Shown here: positions 45,904 through 55,304 of the stretch, one piece after another
Numbering within the stretch: position 1 is the stretch's first letter
Layout: every line of letters begins with the position of its first letter
Source of the DNA: Vicinamibacterales bacterium
Lineage (GTDB): Bacteria > Acidobacteriota > Vicinamibacteria > Vicinamibacterales > UBA2999
Assembly: GCA_050742335.1 (NCBI GenBank)
Contig: JBOGIR010000130.1
Coordinates: 1 to 60,794, forward strand
Direction of reading: 5' to 3'
DNA length: 60,794 nucleotides
The notes under the pieces: generated by a model
The model's database searches: none
Seen by the model: only the letters and a program-made list of their open reading frames with translations
What the model was told of the DNA's origin: nothing
Translations under genes and position numbers: made by a program

Positions 45904-47046
45904 ATGAGGCGTTCGACATTCTGGACTGTGAGTGCGGCGATCATGTGGCTGCTTGGCGCTATGACCTCGCGCGTGTCAGCTCGCCAGGCTGCGCCCGAAC
46001 AGGCTCCATTGGTAACGGAAAACCTGTTCAAGAACATCCAGGTTCTGAAGGGGATTCCCATCGACACGTTTTTCGACGTCATGGGGATGTTCGCCGCCTC
46101 GATGGGCGAGGACTGCACGTACTGTCATTCCAAGGAAGCCGTGTTCAGGCACGAGGCGTTTGCCGACCCGACTCCGAAAATTCAACGTGCGCGCCAGATG
46201 ATCGTCATGATGCAGACGATCAACAAGAACTTCTTCGGGGGCACGCCGCGTGTGACCTGCTTCACGTGCCATCGGGGCGCAAACAGTCCGGTTGCCGCGC
46301 CGCGACTCTCCCTGCAGTACGGTCCGCCAGACGACGATCCGAACGTGATCGATTTTCCCGCCGATACCGCCTCCGCCGATCAGATTCTCGATCGGTACCT
46401 TCAGACGCTGGGCGGGACCTCGTTGTTGGCCAAGGTATCGAGCTTCACAGCCAAGGGCACGTACTCGGGGTTCGACACAGGGTTCAAGGAGGTCCCGGTC
46501 GAGATCGTGGCCAGGGCTCCAAGTCAGCGGAGCTGGACGGTCCACATGGCCGATGGCGACAGTCACAGGGTCTTCGACGGTCGTAATGGCTGGTGGGCCG
46601 GCCCGGACAGCCCGGCGCCCATCGAGACACTCACGAGCGGGAATCTGGACCGATACAGGCTAGAGGCGCTCGTGGCGTTTCCAGCCGGGATCAAGCAGGC
46701 GTTCAGCCAATGGAAGGTCGGCCGCACGGCCATCGACGATCGCGCCGTTCGCATCGTGCAGGGTACGAACCCTGGCTCCGGCCTGCTTCCGGTCAACTTC
46801 TACTTCGACAACATGTCGGGACTGCTCATTCGCTGGGTGCGATGGAACGCCACGCCCCTCGGTCCGGTGCCAACGCAGATTGACTACGATGATTATCGCG
46901 ATGTCGCCGGCGTGAAGATGCCCTTCACCTGGACGGTCAGCCAGACGTACATGCAGATGACGATCAAGCTGAGCGCGATTCAGCCCAACGTTCCAGTCGA
47001 TGCGGCGGCATTCGCAAGACCGGCGGCGGCGACGGCCAGGCCGTAG
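45904..47046 (+). CDS. Secreted dihaem c-type cytochrome (reaction-centre cytochrome-subunit-like N-domain) fused to a beta-rich C-terminal domain
   Basis: The ATG at 45904 follows repeat A2. It has a signal peptide and two CxxCH motifs (CTYCH, CFTCH). FKNIQVLKGIPIDTFFDVMGMFAASMG resembles PRC-cytochrome-like proteins. Confidence 0.65.
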   Translation: MRRSTFWTVSAAIMWLLGAMTSRVSARQAAPEQAPLVTENLFKNIQVLKGIPIDTFFDVMGMFAASMGEDCTYCHSKEAVFRHEAFADPTPKIQRARQMIVMMQTINKNFFGGTPRVTCFTCHRGANSPVAAPRLSLQYGPPDDDPNVIDFPADTASADQILDRYLQTLGGTSLLAKVSSFTAKGTYSGFDTGFKEVPVEIVARAPSQRSWTVHMADGDSHRVFDGRNGWWAGPDSPAPIETLTSGNLDRYRLEALVAFPAGIKQAFSQWKVGRTAIDDRAVRIVQGTNPGSGLLPVNFYFDNMSGLLIRWVRWNATPLGPVPTQIDYDDYRDVAGVKMPFTWTVSQTYMQMTIKLSAIQPNVPVDAAAFARPAAATARP

Positions 47047-47136
47047 GGGCTCTTGTGTCTCTTCGGTGGCGTTCGATCGGGGCGAGACGTAACTGCTGGT
47101 AGCCCACGAGTTCGTGGAGTACATTTGCAGCGGAAA

Positions 47137-47280
47137 CTAGCGAGGCTCCGCCTCAGACCGTCCAGGCTCCGCCTCGCTAGTGGCAGTATCTTCTTGCCCC
47201 GCTCCGCGGGGCGAGACGTCTTGAAAGGCCAGTCGAACACATGACTCATGTGTCACGAGTTTGGCCTTTCAAGACGTCGA
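47137..47280 (+). repeat. Family A three-hairpin repeat, copy 3 (diverged)
   Basis: ctagcgaggc...gcctcgctag; ccccgc-tcc-gcgggg; gacgtcttgaaaggcc...ggcctttcaagacgtc. Confidence 0.8.
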
Positions 47281-47335
47281 GATTCGGATCGCCGGCGGCT
47301 ACACCAGGTAGGCAACGACAGATACAGGAGGCACT

Positions 47336-47731
47336 ATGAGCACGAGGCTCGCGGCCGCGACGGTTTCCTTGGGATTACTACTGGCGGGAACCGCACCGGT
47401 GCAGGCGCATCACTCCTTTTCGGCGACCTATGACGGGAACAAGCCAATCACGTTGAGAGGGATTGTCAGCAAGCTGGGGTGGTCGAATCCACACGCGCAC
47501 ATATATATAGATGTCAAGGCTCCGGACGGAAAGATCGTGACCTGGGAAATCGAGAGCGCAGGCGCGAGCAACCTGCTCCGGGCAGGCATACGGAAAGAAG
47601 ACTTCATCGGCACCGAAGTCATCGTCAAAGGGTTTCTGGCCAAGGACGGGACCCCCGCCGCCAATGCCAGCAGTTTCACCCTGGTCGAGACGAAGAAGGA
47701 ATATGTGAGCGAGGAGAAAACGACTCCGTAG
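47336..47731 (+). CDS. Small secreted protein, DUF6152-like
   Basis: SD caggagg. The signal peptide ends VQA-HHSFSATYD. WSNPHAHIYIDV...VTWEIES. The family name is recalled from memory only. Confidence 0.5.
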   Translation: MSTRLAAATVSLGLLLAGTAPVQAHHSFSATYDGNKPITLRGIVSKLGWSNPHAHIYIDVKAPDGKIVTWEIESAGASNLLRAGIRKEDFIGTEVIVKGFLAKDGTPAANASSFTLVETKKEYVSEEKTTP

Positions 47732-47761
47732 CGGCGTCTGCCACGCACACCGGAGCGAACC

Positions 47762-48247
47762 ATGAAGCGAGTCGTGATCGTACTGGGCCTCGCCCTCATG
47801 CTGGGTATCCCCCCTGAGGCGCTCGCGCAGGCCGTGCCTGACTTCTCCGGGATGTGGAGGTTCAATCAGGGGAAGAGCAGTCGGGGAATCGCCGGCAACA
47901 CCCCGAACATTCCCTTTCCGAGCCAACTCGTGGTCAAGCAGTCGCCGACCGAGCTCTACGTGGCCAGCACCAGTATCCGCCAGGCCCCCCTGACGGCAAC
48001 CTACAAGCTCGACGGCAGCAAGGTCACCGTCGACGCGCCCAGTGGAATCTCGGAAACTGGCGAGGCACGGTTCGCCGGGGCGACTGTCGTGATTACCACC
48101 CGCCGCTCGTTCTCCTCGCCGGCCGGAGAGACCGTGGTTGATTTCAAGGAAACCTGGAGCATCAGCGGAAGCGTCCTGATGATCGAGAAGACACGGATTC
48201 AAGACGGAGAGTCCACGACCGAGAGGGCCGTGTACGACAAGACGTAG
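47762..48247 (+). CDS. Small secreted hypothetical protein (lipocalin-like beta protein)
   Basis: 161 aa with a signal peptide. The motif FSGMWRFNQGKS is common in uncharacterised secreted proteins. Confidence 0.5.
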   Translation: MKRVVIVLGLALMLGIPPEALAQAVPDFSGMWRFNQGKSSRGIAGNTPNIPFPSQLVVKQSPTELYVASTSIRQAPLTATYKLDGSKVTVDAPSGISETGEARFAGATVVITTRRSFSSPAGETVVDFKETWSISGSVLMIEKTRIQDGESTTERAVYDKT

Positions 48248-48257
48248 GGCTCTGTAC

Positions 48258-49106
48258 ATGCCACATCGTTTCGCGACGTTGTCGATCGTCCTGGTTGTCG
48301 TTTCGGGTCTCACGCATTCGCAGTCGTCGTTGGAGGCCCAGGCCCCGGCTGCTGCTCGAGCGTACGCGCCGCCGAGGACCGTCGATGGCCATCCGGATTT
48401 GCAGGGCGTTTGGCGGGTGTGGAACCTCGCGAAATACGACCTCGAAGACCACGGGGCCAAACCGGGTGTCCCCGCAGGGAAAGGTTTTGTGATCGACCCG
48501 CCGGACGGCAGGATTCCGTATCAGACGTCGGCGCTGGAGCGGCGGCGGAAGAACTACGAAGGTACCAATACATTCGACCCTGCGAAGCACACCGACCCGC
48601 TCGCCAAGTGTTATCTGCCCGGCATTCCGCGACTGACCTACCTGGGATGGCCGTTTCAGATCATTCAGACGCCGCAGTACGTGCTGTTCAACTACGAGTG
48701 GAGTCATAAGAAGCGCTACGTTCCGATCAACAGCAAGACGCCGCTGCCGAATCCGGACGATGAGAGCAACTGGAACGGAATGGCGCGCGGTCGCTTCGAA
48801 GGCAATTCGCTGGTTGTCGACGTGACGAATTTCAATCCCTACACCTGGTTCGACATGGCAGGGAACTTCCACAGCGAGGCCCTCAAGGTGCTCGAGCGGT
48901 ACTCGCCGCTCGACGCGGATACTCTCCAGTACGACGTCCGGATTGAAGATCCCAAGGTCTTCACCAGGCCGTGGGCCATCCGCATGTTGATCCAGCGTCA
49001 GAAGGACATCGGCATCCTCGATTACGAGTGCACCGCGATGCTCGACGAACAGGGAATTCATCACACCTGGCCCAGGGACTTCGATGTGGTGGAAATCAAC
49101 AAGTAG
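48258..49106 (+). CDS. Secreted hypothetical protein, paralogue 1
   Basis: 282 aa with a signal peptide. It shares PDL.G.W, IDPPDGRIPYQ, G.FEGN.LVV.VTNFN and DPKVFTRPW with the next gene. Confidence 0.6.
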   Translation: MPHRFATLSIVLVVVSGLTHSQSSLEAQAPAAARAYAPPRTVDGHPDLQGVWRVWNLAKYDLEDHGAKPGVPAGKGFVIDPPDGRIPYQTSALERRRKNYEGTNTFDPAKHTDPLAKCYLPGIPRLTYLGWPFQIIQTPQYVLFNYEWSHKKRYVPINSKTPLPNPDDESNWNGMARGRFEGNSLVVDVTNFNPYTWFDMAGNFHSEALKVLERYSPLDADTLQYDVRIEDPKVFTRPWAIRMLIQRQKDIGILDYECTAMLDEQGIHHTWPRDFDVVEINK

Positions 49107-49121
49107 AAGGAACAGAGCCTC

Positions 49122-50027
49122 ATGAGCGCCCTCCCATCGTTCTTGTTGTTGATCCCGGCAGTCCTGGTTATGGTCGTCGTGACGTCCGTGCCCACCGCTG
49201 GCCAGGGCGGTCGCGGCGGTGGGGCTGCCGCCGTTCAGGAAGGTCGCGGCGGCCGTGGGGGCGGAGCGCCGGCGCCAGCGCGACCTGTTCCGCGCAGAGC
49301 CGACAGCAAACCGGATTTGACTGGGCGATGGGACGGATCGGGAGGCGCGCTCACGAACACGGTGATCCTCGAGGATCATCCTGGAGGCTTTGGGATTACC
49401 GGAGGGAAGTCGCTGATCATCGACCCGCCAGACGGCATCATCCCGTACCAGCCGTGGGCGCTGGCCGAGCGCGACCGGCGCCGAGACGACGCCAATGGGT
49501 ACGAAGATCCCGTCGGCCACTGCGAGTTCTACGACATCGGGCGCATCCACAGCTTCGCGCACGACATCATGCATGCGGGTGACACGGTCGTCATCAATGC
49601 CAACCAGCACATCACGCGAGTGATCGATACGAAGCGGCGTGCGCACCTTCCCGCGGGCATTCGTCTCTGGCAGGGAGATCCCATCGGCCGCTGGGAGGGC
49701 GACACGCTGGTGGTCGAGAGTACCAACTTCAACGGCAAGAGCCGCATGGCCATCGGCGGCGATTTCTACAGCGCCGATGCGCGCGTCGTCGAGCGCTTCG
49801 CCATGCTCGACTCGAACACCCTCAGATGGACGATGACAATTGACGATCCGAAGGTGTTCACGCGGCCGTGGACGATGACATCCGCAGCGCCCATGAGGCG
49901 CGTGCCCGCGCTGGGTGCTGCGGCCTTCGATTCGGAAGACACCTGCCACGAGGGGAACGTCGATCTCGTGCACTTGAAGAACGTCTACGACCAGGCCCGC
50001 AAGACGACGGGTTCGCAGCCCAAGTAG
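49122..50027 (+). CDS. Secreted hypothetical protein, paralogue 2, with an N-terminal Gly/Arg-rich tract
   Basis: 301 aa. IDPPDGIIPYQ, GRWEGDTLVVESTNFN and DDPKVFTRPWTM. The tract GQGGRGGGAAAVQEGRGGRGGG follows the signal peptide. Confidence 0.6.
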   Translation: MSALPSFLLLIPAVLVMVVVTSVPTAGQGGRGGGAAAVQEGRGGRGGGAPAPARPVPRRADSKPDLTGRWDGSGGALTNTVILEDHPGGFGITGGKSLIIDPPDGIIPYQPWALAERDRRRDDANGYEDPVGHCEFYDIGRIHSFAHDIMHAGDTVVINANQHITRVIDTKRRAHLPAGIRLWQGDPIGRWEGDTLVVESTNFNGKSRMAIGGDFYSADARVVERFAMLDSNTLRWTMTIDDPKVFTRPWTMTSAAPMRRVPALGAAAFDSEDTCHEGNVDLVHLKNVYDQARKTTGSQPK

Positions 50028-50110
50028 CGTCCAAGAGCGAGCAGCAGTCCAGCACGACCAGAGCCGGCAAGAGAATCGGCAGCACCGGCGTAATTACAGT
50101 AGACACGACA

Positions 50111-51130
50111 ATGGAACCGCTGAAGGCCCTACAGCTCTCTTGGATGTTCCTGCTGCTGGTGACGCTCGGCACGGCGGCCGACGTATTCGCGCAGGACGCC
50201 GCCAAGGGCGCGGCCCTCATGACGGCCGCACGGCAGGCAATAGGAGGCGAGAGCCGGCTGAAGGACATCAAGACGCTTCAGGTCGCGGGCACGTTTCGGA
50301 GAGTGATCGACACCAACGACACAGAAGGCGACTTCGAGGTGTTCCTCGAGTTGCCGGACAAGTACCTCCGCAGCGAAAAGACGGGCACTCCTGGCCAGCC
50401 ATCGACGGAGACCATCGAAGCGCTTGTCGGGAGTGAAGTGCGGGACGTGGTGCGGGGTGGAGGGGGCGGCCGCGGTGGTCGCGGTGGGGGCGGGGGAGGC
50501 GACAATGTCGGAGGGGGCGGGGACAACTTCGGTGGTGGAGGTGGTGACGCCCCGGCTGCCGCCGATAGTGGCGACAATGCGGGCGGCGATCGCGATGACA
50601 GAGGCGAGCCCGGCGACGCGAATGCTGCGGGAGCCGGTCGGGGCCGCGGCGGTCCTGCTGCCGCTCCCGAGATGCAGCGGCGGACGCGTCAGGCCGACGT
50701 CGCTCGTCTCCTGGCGATGTGGCTCGCGTCGACCACCGTCCCGGTGAGCTGGATTGGGGTTGCCGAATCGCCCGACGGCAAGGCGGATGTGCTCGAAGCC
50801 AGATTCGCGGACGGCCAGCCCACTCGTCTTTTCTTCGACATCATGTCGCACATGCCGCTGATGCTGCAGTGGCAGGGCGCGCCGCCGCGCGCCGGCGGCC
50901 GCCGCGGTGGCGGCGGGCAGCGGGGACGAGGTCAAGGTGACGGCTCCGGCGCGGCCGAGACGTCCAAGCCGGTCACCTTCACCATGACGTTCTCCGATCA
51001 CCGCGCGGTCAACGGCATCAGATTGCCGCACGTCATCACCAAGGGGATCGACGGACAGACCACCGAGCGATGGACCATCCGGAATTATCGAGTCAATCCG
51101 TCCTTCAGCGTGGACACCTTCACACGATGA
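50111..51130 (+). CDS. Secreted hypothetical protein with two Gly/Arg-rich inserts
   Basis: ATG at 50111 within ORF 49868..51130. It has a signal peptide. The inserts are GGGGGRGGRGGGGGGDNVGGGGDNFGGGGGD and AGGRRGGGGQRGRGQGDGSG. The flanking sequence is beta-rich; a LolA-like fold is only a guess. Confidence 0.5.
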   Translation: MEPLKALQLSWMFLLLVTLGTAADVFAQDAAKGAALMTAARQAIGGESRLKDIKTLQVAGTFRRVIDTNDTEGDFEVFLELPDKYLRSEKTGTPGQPSTETIEALVGSEVRDVVRGGGGGRGGRGGGGGGDNVGGGGDNFGGGGGDAPAAADSGDNAGGDRDDRGEPGDANAAGAGRGRGGPAAAPEMQRRTRQADVARLLAMWLASTTVPVSWIGVAESPDGKADVLEARFADGQPTRLFFDIMSHMPLMLQWQGAPPRAGGRRGGGGQRGRGQGDGSGAAETSKPVTFTMTFSDHRAVNGIRLPHVITKGIDGQTTERWTIRNYRVNPSFSVDTFTR

Positions 51131-53811
51131 AACGCGCACTTCTGACGGTCGCGACGCTCCTGCTCGCAACCCCTCCGCTGTTCGCGCAGGCGCCCGCGCA
51201 ACAGTCGCAGCTCAGGCTCACGGTGATCGACCAGACCATGGCGAGCGTGCCCGGCGCCGCCGTGCGGGTGACGCGACCCGACGGCACTGACACGACGGTG
51301 ACGACCAACGATCGTGGCCAGGCCACGGTGCAGGATCTGCCGGCCGGCACGATTCGTCTGCGTGTGGAGTTCTCGGGCTTCGAGCCATTCGATGTGCCGC
51401 TCACGTTACGGCGCGGCGCCAATGACGCTACCGTGACGCTGGTCATCCAGGGCTTCAAGGAGGAAGTGGACGTCGTGGACTCCACGGCCACCGACGATCG
51501 GAGTGGCAACTCCCTGACGACGACGCTCGAGGAGAAGGAGATTGCGGAGCTGCCGGACGATCCGCAGGAGCTGCAGCAGGTGCTCGAACAGATGACGGGC
51601 GGCGCCGGCGCCGTCTTCCAGGTGGACGGCTTCCGCGGCGGCACGCTGCCGCCCCGGGACGAGATCCGGCAGATCCGCTTCCGCGTGAACTCGTTCTCCG
51701 CCGACAACCACGATGCCGGGCGAGTGCAGGTCCAGATCATCACGCGACCGAATGTGAGGCAGTGGAGCGGGAACGCGAACTTCGGTCTGCGCAGCGACGT
51801 GCTGAACGCGCGCAACGCCTTCGCGCGCGAGCAGACGCCGGAGCTGTTCCGTCGCTTTTCCGCCGGCATGCGCGGGCCGATCGTGAGCGGCCGCACGTCA
51901 CTGCGGTTCTATGTGGACGGCAACCAGTCGTTCGACTCGGGCACGATCGTGGCCCAGTTGGAGGATCGGTCGACAATGGCCACGGTGTTCCGCCGCCCGG
52001 TGGAGGCGACCAACGTCACGGTCGGCATCGAGCACGCGCTCACCGACGACCAGACGCTTCGCATCGAGTACCGGCGCGAGCAGGACGCACGCCGGAACCA
52101 GGGCGTCGGCGATTTCAGCCTCCTGGAACGGGCCTTCACCCGCTCCACCACCGAACAACGCGTGCGGATGTCGGTCCAGAGTCTGTTTGCAAACCGGATC
52201 CTCAGCCAGTCGCGCATCGAGGTAAACGTCGACGACAGCGAGTCGCAGTCGCTCTCGAACGCCCCGACGATCAGAGTGATCGACGCGTTCGCTCGCGGGG
52301 GTGCGGGCGTGGCCAGTCAGAACAGGACGAAGACGGTCCAGTTCGCCAACGACACGGATTTCACCCGCGGCCGACACGTGATGCGCACGGGCGTTCTGTT
52401 CGACGTGGCGAACTTCCGCGAGTTCGACGCTCGCAATGCGGCCGGCACGTTCACCTTCAGCAGCATCGACAGTTTCATCGCCGGCCGGCCTGACACCTTC
52501 ACCCAGCGTCTGGGAACGGCCGACACGTCGTTCGCGTACTATCAGCTCGGCCTCTACTTCCAGGACGACATCCGGCTCAACCGGACGCTGTCGATCAGCC
52601 TCGGCGCCCGCCAGGAGATGCAGTCGTACATCGACGACCGGCTCAACGTGATGCCGCGCCTCGGCTTCACCTGGAATCCCGGCGGGTCGCGCACCGCGAT
52701 CCGCGGCGGCTACGGCGTCTTCTACGACTGGTACGACGCCAGCCTCCACGATCAGACCATTCGAGTGAACGGCGAGCTGCAGCGCGACCTCCTGATTCTC
52801 GACCCGGGCTATCCGGATCCTGCGGGAGGCCTGGCGGCCGAAGTGCTGCCGGGTGGCCGGGTGCAGGCCGATCCGAATCTTCGAATGCCCACCTTGCACC
52901 AGGCGTCGATCGGCGTGGACCGGCCGATCGGGCCGTTCCTCACGCTGCAGGCGTCGTATCAGTGGCAGCGGGGGCACAACCAATTGCGCTCGCGCAACGT
53001 CAACGCGCCCGACGAGTTCGGCGTCCGGCAGGAGCCGCACGTCGGCACGGTCACACAGATCGAGTCAACGGGCCGGATGAAGGCCGATCGGCTGACGTTC
53101 AATGCCAGCTACCGGGTGCCTCAGCGCAATATCTTCTTCAACCTCGGCTACACGCTGTCGGAGGTGAAGAACCACGCGAGCAACGCGACGTCGCTCCCGG
53201 CCAACAGCCTTGCCCCGGACGCCGATTGGGGACCCTCCTCGCAGGACGTCCGGCATCGTCTCTTTTCGACGGTGAACTACACGTTCCCGCTCGGCATCCG
53301 GGTCAATCTCATGAACCAGTACGCGTCGGCGCCACCGTACACGATCACGAGCGGACGCGACGACAACCGGGACGGCGTGAGCAACGACCGGCCGGTTGGT
53401 GTGGGACGCAACACCGCGCGCGGCTCCCCGCGGCTGGAAACCAATCTCCGTGTCACGCGTGTGTTCGGATTCGGCGGGCCGCGCGGCGGGGACGGGGGCC
53501 CGCGTGTCGAGGGTCCACCTGGCGGCGGACCTCCCCCGGGCGGGTTCGGCGGGGGCGGTGGCCGCGGCGGCGGGCCGCCCGGAGGAGGCGGCCCTGGCGG
53601 GGGTGGCGGCGGTCCTGGCGGGGGCGGGTTCGGCGGCGGCAACAATAACAGTCAGCGCTTCAGCGTGGAGTTCTACACGCAGGCGTCCAACCTGTTCAAC
53701 CGCGTGAACTACGGCATTTTCAGTGGCAATCTCCGGTCGCCGTTCTTCGGGCTTCCCACGTCGGCCGGCCCGGCGCGGCGCGTCGAGGTGGGCATCAATT
53801 TCCGCTTCTAA
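51127..53811 (+). CDS. TonB-dependent-receptor-like outer membrane barrel with an N-terminal carboxypeptidase-regulatory-like domain
   Basis: Its ATG overlaps the upstream TGA. The signal peptide is followed by LRLTVIDQTMASVPGAAVRVTRPDGTDTTVTTNDRGQATVQDLPAGTIRLRVEFSGF. The protein ends ...RRVEVGINFRF, with a terminal aromatic residue. A Gly/Pro-rich insert lies near the C-terminus. Confidence 0.8.
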   Translation: MKRALLTVATLLLATPPLFAQAPAQQSQLRLTVIDQTMASVPGAAVRVTRPDGTDTTVTTNDRGQATVQDLPAGTIRLRVEFSGFEPFDVPLTLRRGANDATVTLVIQGFKEEVDVVDSTATDDRSGNSLTTTLEEKEIAELPDDPQELQQVLEQMTGGAGAVFQVDGFRGGTLPPRDEIRQIRFRVNSFSADNHDAGRVQVQIITRPNVRQWSGNANFGLRSDVLNARNAFAREQTPELFRRFSAGMRGPIVSGRTSLRFYVDGNQSFDSGTIVAQLEDRSTMATVFRRPVEATNVTVGIEHALTDDQTLRIEYRREQDARRNQGVGDFSLLERAFTRSTTEQRVRMSVQSLFANRILSQSRIEVNVDDSESQSLSNAPTIRVIDAFARGGAGVASQNRTKTVQFANDTDFTRGRHVMRTGVLFDVANFREFDARNAAGTFTFSSIDSFIAGRPDTFTQRLGTADTSFAYYQLGLYFQDDIRLNRTLSISLGARQEMQSYIDDRLNVMPRLGFTWNPGGSRTAIRGGYGVFYDWYDASLHDQTIRVNGELQRDLLILDPGYPDPAGGLAAEVLPGGRVQADPNLRMPTLHQASIGVDRPIGPFLTLQASYQWQRGHNQLRSRNVNAPDEFGVRQEPHVGTVTQIESTGRMKADRLTFNASYRVPQRNIFFNLGYTLSEVKNHASNATSLPANSLAPDADWGPSSQDVRHRLFSTVNYTFPLGIRVNLMNQYASAPPYTITSGRDDNRDGVSNDRPVGVGRNTARGSPRLETNLRVTRVFGFGGPRGGDGGPRVEGPPGGGPPPGGFGGGGGRGGGPPGGGGPGGGGGGPGGGGFGGGNNNSQRFSVEFYTQASNLFNRVNYGIFSGNLRSPFFGLPTSAGPARRVEVGINFRF

Positions 53812-53816
53812 AGTTG

Positions 53817-53844
53817 GTACGTAGTGTCCGCCTTCAGGCGGACC
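53817..53844 (+). repeat. Family E hairpin copy with a compensatory stem change
   Basis: gtacgtagtgtccgCc-ttca-gGcggacc versus gtacgtagtgtccgGc-ttca-gCcggacc at 36836. A G-C pair is flipped to C-G. Confidence 0.8.
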
Positions 53845-53937
53845 TGCGCGTGTGGCCCGGACCTTGGGTTTGCGAGGCGAGCCCGAAGCGGGCGCCCAGG
53901 ATTCCTGGTCCGTGAACATCGCTGGTAAGACCTTCGG

Positions 53938-54663
53938 GTGAAAATCTCCCTCATCGTTCCAGCCTTCAACGAGGAACGCGGCCTCGCGGCCTCGCTCAGG
54001 AGCATTCGCCACGCGATCACGGCGCTGGACGAGCTCGGCTGGTCGTCGGAGCTGATCGTCTGCGATAACAACTCCACGGATCGAACCGCCGCCATTGCCA
54101 GGGAAGAAGGCGCCGCCGTCGTGTTCGAGCCGGTCAACCAGATCTCGCGCGCGCGCAATACCGGCGCGTCGCACGCCACGGGCGACTGGCTGGTCTTCGT
54201 CGACGCCGATTCGCACCCGAGTGGGGAGCTGTTCGCCGACATGGCGCGCGCCATTCAGGAAGGCCGGTGCGTGGGCGGCGGCAGCACGGTGCGCCTCGAT
54301 ATGTCCGAATTGGTGCCGACACTCGCGGTCAAAGGTTGGAATGCACTCAGCCGTCTCACGGGATGGGCGGCCGGGTCGTTCATCTTCTGCAAGGCGTCCG
54401 TGTTTCGGGAGCTGGGAGGGTTCAGTCTCGAGTTGTACGCTGCCGAGGAGATCGACCTCTCCAGGCGGCTCAAGCGGTTCGCACGCCGATCTGGGCGGAC
54501 GATCGTGATCCTGCACCGCCACCCGATCGTGACGAGCGGCCGCAAGGCGCGCCTCTACACTCCGCGCGAGGGCCTCACGTTCGCCATCCGGACCATCGTG
54601 CAGCGCGGCCGCACGCTCCGGAGCGCGCGCGAATGTTACCAGTGGTACGACGGCCGGCGGTGA
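53938..54663 (+). CDS. Family 2 glycosyltransferase
   Basis: GTG start. ISLIVPAFNEE...LIVCDNNSTDRTA...ARNTGA..A.GDWLVFVDADS. Confidence 0.85.
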   Translation: MKISLIVPAFNEERGLAASLRSIRHAITALDELGWSSELIVCDNNSTDRTAAIAREEGAAVVFEPVNQISRARNTGASHATGDWLVFVDADSHPSGELFADMARAIQEGRCVGGGSTVRLDMSELVPTLAVKGWNALSRLTGWAAGSFIFCKASVFRELGGFSLELYAAEEIDLSRRLKRFARRSGRTIVILHRHPIVTSGRKARLYTPREGLTFAIRTIVQRGRTLRSARECYQWYDGRR

Positions 54664-54666
54664 TCG

Positions 54667-55251
54667 TCAGGCGTGCTCCACCCGCACCCGCTTCTCGATG
54701 CGCCGGTCCGGTACCAACCAGATGAGGGCGACCGTCACGTAAAGCGCATCGGAGATCCACTGATTGACGAAGGCAAGCGGGATGGCGGCCGCGTAGATCG
54801 CGATCGAGATCCTGCCTTTCACGTCGCGGCCGACCGCGGCGCGCAGCTTCGAATGGGGTCCCTCGTGAGCGATGATCGCGTTCACCAGAATCCAGTACGC
54901 AACCGCGGCTAGCAGGAGCACCACCCCGTACACGGCCGTCGGGAGCGGTGCGAAATGATGCTCTCCCATCCACCCCGTGACGAACGGCACGAGCGAGAGC
55001 CAGAACAACAGGTGCATGTTCGCCCAGAGCACGCCGCCGCCGACGTGCGCCGTGACGTGCATCAGATGGTGGTGGTTGTTCCAGTAGATCGCGAGATACA
55101 CGAAGCTGAGCACGTAGGTCAGCAGCGCCGGCATCAGCGCGCTCAATCCATGCCAGTCGGCGGTCTCCGGCGCCTGGAACTCCAGCACCATGATGGTGAT
55201 GATGATCGCGATGACACCATCGCTGAAGGCTTCGAGTCTGGTTGTTGGCAC
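54667..55251 (-). CDS. TMEM175-family (DUF1211) potassium channel
   Basis: The N-terminus TTRLEAFSDGVIAIIITIMVLE is the signature first helix. The protein has six hydrophobic segments. Confidence 0.8.
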   Translation of the reverse strand: MPTTRLEAFSDGVIAIIITIMVLEFQAPETADWHGLSALMPALLTYVLSFVYLAIYWNNHHHLMHVTAHVGGGVLWANMHLLFWLSLVPFVTGWMGEHHFAPLPTAVYGVVLLLAAVAYWILVNAIIAHEGPHSKLRAAVGRDVKGRISIAIYAAAIPLAFVNQWISDALYVTVALIWLVPDRRIEKRVRVEHA

Positions 55252-55304
55252 GCCGCTCCTTCGTTCGCCGCATTGTAGGGCGAATCGGACAGAATAGGGC
55301 CGTC

